A stretch of DNA of 64,000 bases from an uncultured Spirochaetota bacterium (lineage in GTDB: Bacteria; Spirochaetota; Brevinematia; Brevinematales; JAOACQ01): assembly GCA_963783575.1 (NCBI GenBank), contig CAWAOD010000015.1:160001-224000 (forward strand), given 5' to 3'. Shown in pieces: positions 32,907 to 41,858 of the stretch. The notes beneath the pieces were generated by a model. That model was given only the letters and a program-made list of their open reading frames with translations. It was not told the DNA's origin and did no database searches. Every line of letters starts with the position of its first letter. The first letter of the stretch is position 1. A program made the translations under genes and the position numbers.

Positions 32907-34362
32907 ATGAATACTTCTTTAATTGATAAAAAAATGGATGAAATTAAGCTGCTTCAAAAATACATGGAAAATAAAATATCAGATTCCGCGATTGCTGATT
33001 TTTCCAAGGCACTTAAGAAACTTAAGGGCTGGGACACATTCAGAATCAACCCGGTCGATTTCTCACTAAAGAATAACCTTGAACCTGGCAAGACTATCGA
33101 TTTATTCATTTATGGCGCAAAAACCGGACTTTTTAATTTCGAACTGAGCCTTTTATGCCCTTTATGCGGTGGCCGCGAACATAGCTATAATTCCCTTAAC
33201 CAGCTTGAAAAAGAATCATACCACTGCTCACTTTGCGATGTTGACGTTGAAGTCCTGGCCGATTCCCATCTTGAGATTTCTTTTACAATACCGCCGGATA
33301 TCAGCGGTTTTTCTATCAATCCCTTTGTTTCTCTTGAAAACTACTGGTCTTATTATTTTTCATCATATCTAGTAATGCCCCCTGAATTGCAGTTAGTGTG
33401 GGATGATCAGCCTAAATTGAGGTTTGCTGCAATCCCGCCCGGAAGGAAAGTTTCTGTAAAAATAGGTCTTCCGCTTGTGAAAAAACACCGTTTTGTTTCT
33501 CTGAACACGCATTCGATTTTCAGGGTTAATATGCTTGGTAAAAAGGACGGACTTGTGCATAAAATCCAATTGAATCATCTGGAAAGCGGTTTTGACAAAA
33601 AAGAAGAAACCATTGAAGGCTGTGCAGGAGTGGTCAATATTACCAATAAATCCGGTAAAATGATAGGCTGTGTTTTCGCATCGCCGGATTCAAATCATAT
33701 TCAGGAGGTTGTAAAAGAATATCCACCCTATTTCAAGCCCTTTGTGACCGGAAAAATGATACTTAACAACCAGATTTTCAGGGACCTTTTCCTTACGGAT
33801 AATCTTCCCGATGACCTGTCACTTAAAATAAACGATATCACACTTCTTTTCACCGATTTGAAGGGTTCTACGGAACTTTATGATAAATCGGGGGATGTTT
33901 ATGCTTATAAGCTCGTCCAGCAGCATTTCAGAATCCTTCAAAAGGTAGTGCATGAGCATGATGGCGGAATTGTAAAAACTATGGGAGATGCCATAATGGC
34001 ATCTTTTAATACACCGTATGATGGAATAAGCGCCGCTTTTTCCATGCTCTAAGGAAATGAATATTTTCAACCGGGCTGTGGGCGTAAAAGAAAATCCGAT
34101 CGGATTGAAAATCGGCCTTCACCGCGGAAACGTTATTGCAGTCAAAGCCAACCAGACGCTTGATTATTTCGGGCAGACCGTGAATATCGCCGCACGTGTC
34201 CAGGGACTCGCCGGGTCCGGAGAGATTTGGGCCACGGATGATATTATGAAAGATAATAATACAACCGGTTACCTTAAGTCTTTAGGCTGCACAATAGTTC
34301 CAAAAGAAGTCGCGCTCAAAGGAGTCAGCAGCCATGTTAAAACCTATTTATGTTATATATGA
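32907..34362 (+). CDS. DUF5939-like domain plus class III adenylate/guanylate cyclase; frameshift near 34050
   Basis: RINP, CPLCG..CSLC, LLFTDLKGST, VKTMGDAIMA; continues LKIGLHRG, LDYFGQTVNIAARVQ. Confidence 0.82.
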
Positions 34363-34462
34363 ACGATGAACCATGCTTGTAATGAGGCTGGCATTTACAT
34401 CTATGTTAAAGAGATAACATTTTATAAATATTATTAAGATTAATTGTTTGGAGGTTTTCATT

Positions 34463-36178
34463 ATGTTAAAATTCAACAAAAATCGGCTAGAATACATTAA
34501 ATTTTTTATAGTTTCTCTGCTATTTATTTTTATAAATAGTACAATCATTGCAGCTTCGGTTTCTACAGACACAAACCAGGGCAAAGCAGTTTTTATCAAC
34601 CAGGTGGGATACCTGCCGGATCAACAGAAGTGGATTGTTGCATCAAAAGGAGGCGATGAGTTTACGATTGTGAATGAGGACACTAAAGAGGTTGTTTTCA
34701 GGGGTAAACTTGAGAGCTTTGATGACCAGACGTCTGACCGTGATGTTTTAAGGGGAGAATTTACTCCGGTAAAAAAGCCGGGCAAATACCATGCCGAGGT
34801 AAAAGGAGCCGGAAGTTCATATGTTTTTTCCATCGGAAATGATGTTTACGATAATTTATTAAAAGATTCCTTAAGATTTTATTTTATACAGAGATGCGGA
34901 ATAGCTCTTCAGGATCAGGAAACAGGTATCAGGCACCCTGTCTGCCATTCCGAAGACGCATATATTGCCCGGGAAGACGGTTTTCACAAAAAAATGGACA
35001 AGGTGAACTCAACCGGTGGATGGCATGATGCCGGTGATTACGGAAAATACTCCACAACCACAGCCGTTACCGTGGCGCAGCTCCTTACGGTTTTTGAATT
35101 ATGGCCCGAAAAGTTTTCCGACGGGCAGTTAAATATCCCCGAAAGCGGCAATAAAATCCCCGATATTCTCGACGAGGCAAAGTACGGCCTGGACTGGCTT
35201 CTGACAATGCAAAGGCCCGACGGAGCAGTTTATCACAAAATCGCCGGAAGGTATTTTCCCGGGTTAAGTACTCCCGATTTCGATATGCAGAAGCGTTATA
35301 TTTATGGAATTTCCAGTTCCGATACCGCAAAATTTGCAGCGGTTTCAGCCATAGCCTCCCGTGTTTTTGAAAAAATCGATCCTGATTTTTCCGCAAGGAC
35401 AAAGAAGGCCTCGTTAAAGGCATGGGACTTTTTAAGCAGTAATAGTAATTTTATCTGGGACCATGACGATTTTGACGATGAGGGGTCCGGCTCTTATTTT
35501 GTCGTTTCGGACTTTAGGGACCGTGTTTGGGCGGCTCTGGAAATATCAGCTATTTCTGGTGATCCGAAAATAAAAGGATGGATTGAAACAAATCTAAACG
35601 ATTATTACCCGAACGCCATAACCTGGCGTGATGCTTCTTTACTGGGATTTTTGCACTACTGGAAGTCAGCGGACGCGGATAAAAAATTTAAAGATATGAT
35701 CGCCGGGAGAATTGCATCTATGGCGGACAATTACATGAAATCATCAGAATCCAGCGGTTACCGTTATTCCCTTTCATTCGACAATTTTTCCTGGGGCTCC
35801 AATGAAGACGGGTTGTCAAGCGGTATATCAATGATACTTGCCAACTATATTAAGCCGACGGCAGGATATTTAGCCGCAGCCCAGGCTCAGCTCGACTTTA
35901 TTCTCGGGCAGAATCCTCTTTCAAAGTGCTTTGTTTCAGGTTTCGGAAGCAATCCGTTAAAGAGCCCTCATAACAGACTTACAGCTTCGACAGGAATTAC
36001 ATTTCCCGGTATTCTGGCCGGCGGCCCGAATAATAAATCGGAATCCGGAATCGAACCCGCGGGAAAGGGTCCGTTCAGTTATACCGATTCCCAGGGCGCT
36101 TTTTCTTGCAATGAACCTGCAATCGATTACAACGCGGCGCTGGTTTTTGTTGTTGCAGCTTTTGCAACAGCGAAATAA
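34463..36178 (+). CDS. Glycoside hydrolase family 9 with N-terminal Ig-like domain
   Basis: Signal peptide, INQVGYLP, GGWHDAGDYGK, PDILDE, PHNR, NEPAIDYNA. Confidence 0.93.
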   Translation: MLKFNKNRLEYIKFFIVSLLFIFINSTIIAASVSTDTNQGKAVFINQVGYLPDQQKWIVASKGGDEFTIVNEDTKEVVFRGKLESFDDQTSDRDVLRGEFTPVKKPGKYHAEVKGAGSSYVFSIGNDVYDNLLKDSLRFYFIQRCGIALQDQETGIRHPVCHSEDAYIAREDGFHKKMDKVNSTGGWHDAGDYGKYSTTTAVTVAQLLTVFELWPEKFSDGQLNIPESGNKIPDILDEAKYGLDWLLTMQRPDGAVYHKIAGRYFPGLSTPDFDMQKRYIYGISSSDTAKFAAVSAIASRVFEKIDPDFSARTKKASLKAWDFLSSNSNFIWDHDDFDDEGSGSYFVVSDFRDRVWAALEISAISGDPKIKGWIETNLNDYYPNAITWRDASLLGFLHYWKSADADKKFKDMIAGRIASMADNYMKSSESSGYRYSLSFDNFSWGSNEDGLSSGISMILANYIKPTAGYLAAAQAQLDFILGQNPLSKCFVSGFGSNPLKSPHNRLTASTGITFPGILAGGPNNKSESGIEPAGKGPFSYTDSQGAFSCNEPAIDYNAALVFVVAAFATAK

Positions 36179-36811
36179 AAAAACCGCATACCCGCGGCAG
36201 TAGTACTTTCATACCTTCCTTCTTGAAAAAGCACCGCCCGAGGGGACGGGTCATTTACGGGAAGAACGCTGCGAAAGAATGTGACTTTTGCGTTCCCTCT
36301 GCGCAATCGTTGCGCTGCCGAACTAGCGTTCGACTGTCATTATGACTAAAGGGTGGATTTTATGGCGCGTCCTTGCGCCTAATCTGGCTTCCCTATTTTG
36401 TAAAAAACCAATTAACAACGGGGGTAGGACACCCCTTGATAGCTTTTGTTTTATAATAATTTCAATGCAGTACGTCAGTACTGCAAACGCCACGATGGCA
36501 TACGGGCACGCCGGCGTCCTGCCGGCTCGCAAAAGTAACATTCTTTCTCCACTTTACTATCCCGTAAATTTTTAGAATAAAACAGCCGGGATATTGTTAA
36601 ACAATTCTTTTGTTATCAGCAATAGTCCGAAATTACCGGTTCTTTCGATTTATTGGCCGGCTGTTCAAAAGGATTCTTTGATAAAAAAATTAGTAATCAA
36701 TAGATGGAATATTTGTACCCAATGTAGCTTGATTTTCACATATTAAAATAATTCTTTTATGATTAATAAAAGTCTGAATTTGAGGGTTCTTTCTGTTTTT
36801 GACCTGCTATC

Positions 36812-36841
36812 TTGACAATCAATAAATTAAAATGCTATAAT
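36812..36841 (+). promoter_or_regulatory. Consensus sigma70 promoter, module 1 (Pc-like)
   Basis: TTGACA-18 bp-TATAAT with extended -10 TG; 38 bp identical to 39816-39853. Confidence 0.85.
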
Positions 36842-36975
36842 AAAAATATTTATGTCCGTTGACCGGAAGTTTTATTTATTTTTTTAATAATATTTGCATT
36901 ACGGAAGTCTGAAGCCTCAATTATTACAATTATACCATAGAATTGAATATTGGAATAATCGATCACCAGTCCGTC

Positions 36976-37030
36976 GTCTAACTCAGTATATGCGCTCCGT
37001 TCTTCGCCTACGCTTGGGAAACGTTAGGAT
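36976..37030 (+). other. att-like recombination site at the cassette's left boundary (attI-like or degenerate attC)
   Basis: GTCTAAC(36976)...G/TTAGGAT(37023-37030); the core is the exact complement of ATCCTAAC at 39100. Confidence 0.6.
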
Positions 37031-37064
37031 GACGCGTTCAGCGCAAGGGAGAAGATAAATACTT

Positions 37065-37955
37065 ATGGAAGAACTCAAAATAGTCAAAATAAATGATAGT
37101 ATTCATCACATATATGAGTCATTAGGTGTTTATTGTACATTGATAGTTGGATCAAAAGCTGCTCTATTAATCGATACAGGTTTCGGGTTTGGTGATATTT
37201 TAGGTAAGGTAAAGACAATCACTAATCTACCAATAAAGGTAATAAATACTCATGGACATGTAGATCACATTCAAGGAAACAAGTTTTTCGATGACATAAT
37301 GTTACATAAAGATGATAGCAAACTAATAAAGTTTCATTCATCATTTCTACTGAAGTTATTTATCTATTTTGCGGAAAGAAAGAATCTGAATTTTGAAGAG
37401 AAAAAGAATACATCAAAGTTTTTCCAGAAAAACATCCAGAAATTAGAGTATGTAAGTGACGGTTACTTAATTGATCTTGGAGATAGAGTTCTGGAAATAA
37501 TACATATGCCGGGACATACCCAAGGTTCTATTTGTATATTAGATAAAAAGGATCGAATATTGTTTTCTGGAGATTCAATCTCAAATGATATTTGGCTGTT
37601 CCAAAAAGAATCAACTACAGTAAATAAATTTATGGAAAGTATGTCAAAAGTTATAAAACGGAAATCAGAGTTTGATGTAATTATATTTTCACATTCATCT
37701 GTACTATTTAAAACAACAATATTGGAGAAGATACTCAATTGTGTGAGGAATATAGATATTCAGAAAAGTTATAGTTATAATTTTCATTTAGCGGGGAAGG
37801 CGCTAGTATACAGTGAAGGGTTTGAAAAAATGCAATTAAAATATGGTTACAAAACATTTGAAGAATTTCAAAAACATGCAAATGAATTCGATCAAAAAGA
37901 TATAGCAGATGGTGAATTTGTATCAATAGCATATTCAAAGATAAAATTAAGCTAG
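37065..37955 (+). CDS. MBL-fold metallo-hydrolase (cassette gene)
   Basis: LIDTG, THGHVDH, PGHTQGS, FSGD; AT-rich codon usage. Confidence 0.9.
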   Translation: MEELKIVKINDSIHHIYESLGVYCTLIVGSKAALLIDTGFGFGDILGKVKTITNLPIKVINTHGHVDHIQGNKFFDDIMLHKDDSKLIKFHSSFLLKLFIYFAERKNLNFEEKKNTSKFFQKNIQKLEYVSDGYLIDLGDRVLEIIHMPGHTQGSICILDKKDRILFSGDSISNDIWLFQKESTTVNKFMESMSKVIKRKSEFDVIIFSHSSVLFKTTILEKILNCVRNIDIQKSYSYNFHLAGKALVYSEGFEKMQLKYGYKTFEEFQKHANEFDQKDIADGEFVSIAYSKIKLS

Positions 37956-39090
37956 TGCTTAATTGCGTAAGTTAACGATAGTATTTCTTAATTGAGAACC
38001 TTTCACTTCCCGTTTTCTCCACACAAAAGGTTTTGCGGTTTCAGTGTATGCTTTAACAAATGCATCTATTGCTTCTCTCAATTCTTCCGTGTTTTTAAAA
38101 CTGGCGCCTCTAAGAGCTTTTCGGCTCATAATACCAAACCATATTTCCACCTGATTTAACCAACTTGCCGAAGTAGGCGTGTAATGAAAAAAAACATTCT
38201 TATTCCGGGATAACCATTCATCGTTCTTTTTGTGAATACAATAATTGTCTAAAATTACATGAATTTCTTTATCTTTTGAAACATCTACCACCACTCTATC
38301 CATAAACTCAAGAAATTCAATACGTCTTTTGTATTCAGTAGTTTGGGTGTGTATTAACCCTGTAGCTACTTCCAGCGCAGCAAATAGGTTCAGCGTTCCA
38401 TTTCTTTTATATGTACTTTTGTATCCTCTTACAATTTTTCCATTATCCGTCTCTACATAGCCGGTTGTCCTTTCCAACGCTTGAATACCAGGTTTTTCGT
38501 CTACAGATATAACCAATGCATTCATCGGCGGATTTAAATACAACCCAATAATATTTGTGGCTTTTGTCGAAAATTCAGGATCAGTGCTGACACACCAACT
38601 TCGCTGTCGGGATAAGCAAATTCCTTCTTTTCTTAAAACCCTCCATACCGCATGCGTTGATGTGTTTAAATGTTTTGCTAAAGCCGGACCATCCCAAATT
38701 GCCTGCCCGATAGGCGGTGTTTTTTCCAGAGTTTCTAAAACTTTGTCCCTGAAATTCTGCCCATATATTTTTGGCTTTCCTGACCTGGGCAGATCATACA
38801 ATCCATCAATTCCTTTTTGCTGAAATCTTTTTTTCCAATCAATAACCGTATTTGGTCTTATGTGAAGGTCAGCCGCAATCTCAGATACATTTTGTCCTTT
38901 CAGGCTATTGACAATTATTTTCGCCCTCTCTACAAGTCGCGCTTCCATAGTTCGGCTTCTCACCCAACTATCAAGAATAATTTCATCCGCTTTGGTGCAT
39001 GTTATAACTTGCGTTTTCTTAGACATACAACCTCCTTTTTTATGTCTAAGATTATAATTAATAACGCTTATTATTGCAATTAAGCACTAG
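37952..39090 (-). mobile_element. IS630-family insertion sequence (coordinates include flanking CTAG)
   Basis: Ends ctagtgcttaattgc / gcaattaagcactag; inserted at CTAG. Confidence 0.9.
37959..39026 (-). CDS. IS630-family transposase
   Basis: DLPRSGKP, SVDEKPGIQA, ILDNY, PTSASWLNQVEIWF. Confidence 0.95.
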   Translation of the reverse strand: MSKKTQVITCTKADEIILDSWVRSRTMEARLVERAKIIVNSLKGQNVSEIAADLHIRPNTVIDWKKRFQQKGIDGLYDLPRSGKPKIYGQNFRDKVLETLEKTPPIGQAIWDGPALAKHLNTSTHAVWRVLRKEGICLSRQRSWCVSTDPEFSTKATNIIGLYLNPPMNALVISVDEKPGIQALERTTGYVETDNGKIVRGYKSTYKRNGTLNLFAALEVATGLIHTQTTEYKRRIEFLEFMDRVVVDVSKDKEIHVILDNYCIHKKNDEWLSRNKNVFFHYTPTSASWLNQVEIWFGIMSRKALRGASFKNTEELREAIDAFVKAYTETAKPFVWRKREVKGSQLRNTIVNLRN

Positions 39091-39100
39091 TTGTTAATTA

Positions 39101-39159
39101 TCCTAACAACTGCTTTAGCCTGACTCGCCTTCGGCTCGCAGGTTAAGCAAATGTTAGCT
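39101..39159 (+). other. attC site (59-base element)
   Basis: TCCTAAC-aac-tgctttagcctg..hairpin..caggttaagca-aat-GTTAGCT; 59 bp, imperfect inverted repeat with an extra base in the left arm. Confidence 0.85.
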
Positions 39160-39815
39160 TGGCGAAAAATACAGAAGAGGATTTTTTAAAGTATTCGACG
39201 TATGGCACGGCACACAACGTCAATGTAGAATAAGTCTAATTTAAATTGCAGTTTTCTTCTCCATCCGGTTCCAAAAATTTTTGTTTGCCTGATAGCGCTG
39301 ATTTTCCTTAAAACAGGCCTCAAATCTAGCAATCTACTTTTTTGAAAAAGTGCTCCCAACCTTAAGATTAAAGAAATTAGATTGCTTAAATTGCCCTCCG
39401 CAGCATTAGCACCATTTCTGTGCGACATAGTGTTGCTCGCAGAACTGCCGTTCTGCACTGGATTATTGTTTTTAAGAAGATTTCATGAAGCATCCGAGGG
39501 CTCACTGAAAATCAGCATAAATCTTAAAATGTTTAATAAACAGTATTTTATTGGTGTCATATCCTATTTTATAGCAATGAGTTATAAATGCAATTAGAAA
39601 AGGTTGGTTATAGTTTTCAAATTTCAACTCATTTTTCAGTGAACCCGTCCTTGCTCCCTTGGTTACTTGGCTTCACTCCTAATTAAACAATATTTTTATG
39701 ATAAATAATTAGCTGAAATTAGTGGTTCTTTCCGATTATTAGCTGGCTGTTCAGGGTATTGGGTATAATTCACAAGTTTGTGGAAGAAAGGATATAGCTC
39801 TTTAAATAATGACAT

Positions 39816-39845
39816 TTGACAATCAATAAATTAAAATGCTATAAT
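39816..39845 (+). promoter_or_regulatory. Consensus sigma70 promoter, module 2
   Basis: TTGACA-18 bp-TATAAT, identical to 36812-36841. Confidence 0.85.
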
Positions 39846-39909
39846 AAAAATATGTCTATCCGTTGATCGGGATACTAAAAGTTTAAAGTTTGATATTTGC
39901 TAAGTTTTG

Positions 39910-39937
39910 TACTAACTTAGTATATTGCAAGTTAAAT
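39910..39937 (+). other. attI-like site
   Basis: TACTAAC-ttAGTATAT-tgcaa-GTTAAAT (GTTRRRY core) 42 bp before the ATG; shares ctaact(c/t)agtatat with the 36976 site. Confidence 0.45.
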
Positions 39938-39972
39938 GCAATTTGCTGCCAATCAGATTTAAGGAGTAAACT

Positions 39973-41523
39973 ATGGCAAAAGTAAATTTGGATGCATTAA
40001 TTCCAAGAGAAGATTTTGAAACAGAAGAAACAATGAAACCGGGTAAAAAAAAGGAAACTATTTCTATAGAAGATTTGAAAAACGAATCTTTCTTTTTACC
40101 ATTCTTAAGAAAACCAGACTTTCAAAGAGAAACTAATGAATGGGATGCAGACAGAATATCTCAATTTATAGAAAGTTTTATACACGGCGATTTAATACCT
40201 GCTCTTATTTTATGGAGAAGCTCAACAGGTTTTATTTTTGTAATTGATGGCGCTCATAGATTGAGTTCTTTAGTTGCCTGGATAAATGATGACTATGGAG
40301 ATGGAAAGTCTTCGAAATTATTTTATGATGGTATAATTCCTGAAGATCAAATCAATATTGCTGAAGAAATGAGAAGAACTATTAGAAAGGGAATTGGAAC
40401 TTATGAAGACTATAAATTAGCTCTTACTAATCCAGATAAAGTTAAGCCTTTTATAGTCCAATTATCAAAAAACCTTGGTGCATTAGCTATTCAACTTCAA
40501 TGGGTTGAAGGAGATGTTAAAACTGCTGAAACATCTTTCTTAAAAATTAATCAACAAGCTGCACCTATTGATCCAACTGAATTGAAACTTCTTGAATCAA
40601 GAAGAAAACCTAATTGTATTGCTGCCAGAGCTATCATTAGAAGTGGTAAAGGTCATAAATATTGGTCAAAATTTGATTCTGACAATCAAAATAAAATTCA
40701 AGATATTGCTAAGGAAATTAATGAGATTCTTTTCTCACCAAAACTTCAAACACCTATTAAAACATTAGATATTCCAATTGGTGGCAAGTTATATTCTGCT
40801 CAAACTTTACCTTTGATTTTAGATTTTGTTAATATTGCAAATAACATCAAGAGTGACTTCAAAGACTCTTTAATAGATGATGAAAATGGTAATGCAACAA
40901 TTGAAATTTTAAATAAAACTCGTAAACTTGCACAAAGAATTAATAGTATTCATCCATCTTCTTTGGGATTACATCCAATTGTGTATTTTTATTCTCAAGA
41001 GGGTAGGCATAAAACCGCTTCGTTTTTTGCAACAGTTTCATTTGTTATGGATCTTGAAAAAAGAAATAAATTTAATGATTTTATAAAAGTAAGAGAAAAT
41101 TTCGAGGATATTATATTAGATTATGATTATTTAATACAACAAATATTTCGGAAGTATAGGGGTGCAATTGCAAGTTACCCATATATAAAAGCATTCTTTT
41201 TAAAAGTAATTGATCTTTTAAATCAAGGTATTTCCAAAGATAAAGTAATCGATAATTTAATATCATTTCAAGAATTCAATTATTTAACTTTATACAAAGA
41301 AAAACAAGATATATCTACAAAAGACTTTAATACAGAAAGAAAAAGTGCAGTTTATATTAGAGACGCACTAAAATCTGCACCTAGGTGTAAAATTTGTAAT
41401 GGCTATCTTCATAGAAATTCAATTAGCATAGATCATATACAAAGAAAAGAAGATGGTGGGCTAGGAACTATTGATAATGGCCAAATTAGCCACCCATACT
41501 GTAACTCAACCTACAAAAATTAA
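39973..41523 (+). CDS. DUF262 (GmrS/ParB-like) plus C-terminal HNH nuclease; GmrSD-like putative defence protein
   Basis: PDFQR, IPALILW, VIDGAHR, FLKINQ; C-terminal CKIC..IDHIQ..GG..N..HPYCN. Confidence 0.82.
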   Translation: MAKVNLDALIPREDFETEETMKPGKKKETISIEDLKNESFFLPFLRKPDFQRETNEWDADRISQFIESFIHGDLIPALILWRSSTGFIFVIDGAHRLSSLVAWINDDYGDGKSSKLFYDGIIPEDQINIAEEMRRTIRKGIGTYEDYKLALTNPDKVKPFIVQLSKNLGALAIQLQWVEGDVKTAETSFLKINQQAAPIDPTELKLLESRRKPNCIAARAIIRSGKGHKYWSKFDSDNQNKIQDIAKEINEILFSPKLQTPIKTLDIPIGGKLYSAQTLPLILDFVNIANNIKSDFKDSLIDDENGNATIEILNKTRKLAQRINSIHPSSLGLHPIVYFYSQEGRHKTASFFATVSFVMDLEKRNKFNDFIKVRENFEDIILDYDYLIQQIFRKYRGAIASYPYIKAFFLKVIDLLNQGISKDKVIDNLISFQEFNYLTLYKEKQDISTKDFNTERKSAVYIRDALKSAPRCKICNGYLHRNSISIDHIQRKEDGGLGTIDNGQISHPYCNSTYKN

Positions 41524-41858
41524 CCCGATTGGATGGAAATGGATTTATAAAATAAGCTTGCTAATGTGCCCCCCGCAGCATTAACGCTATTTCTGATTGA
41601 GCTTTTATTTGATTCAAAGGAAGCTCAATATAAAAATCGTTGTTATTCCCATTTAATAATAAATCGATCTGTTCGTATTTCGCGGACAGGAAGTTCGCGA
41701 CCCGAACGCAGCCCGGACTGCAAAGTGAGGTTCTTTAATTATTGGAAATGATAAACTAATTTACCAGGGTAGCAATAAATGAAATTCCCATACCTGTCAC
41801 AAACAGATTTCCCATAGGGGGAAATAGAAGTTAAACTTTAATGAAAATTCATTAAAGG

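Larger units (their letters stand above)
37024..39153 (+). mobile_element. Integron gene cassette (MBL-fold gene) interrupted by IS630
   Basis: Begins TTAGGAT, carries one promoterless AT-rich ORF, ends in an attC with matching R'' ATCCTAAC. Confidence 0.75.

Noticed and set aside
36180..36800. Possible integron integrase gene or remnant upstream of promoter module 1
   Set aside because: Only short ORFs without tyrosine-recombinase R-H-R-H-Y motifs; the region holds small palindromes such as gccggcgtcctgccggc
37065..37955. Cassette gene as a class B carbapenemase
   Set aside because: No signal peptide; generic HxHxDH glyoxalase II-like motifs only
39160..39700. Additional cassette after the attC
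   Set aside because: No convincing plus-strand gene and no R'' matching GTTAGCT; cacacaac near 39210 lacks a partner arm
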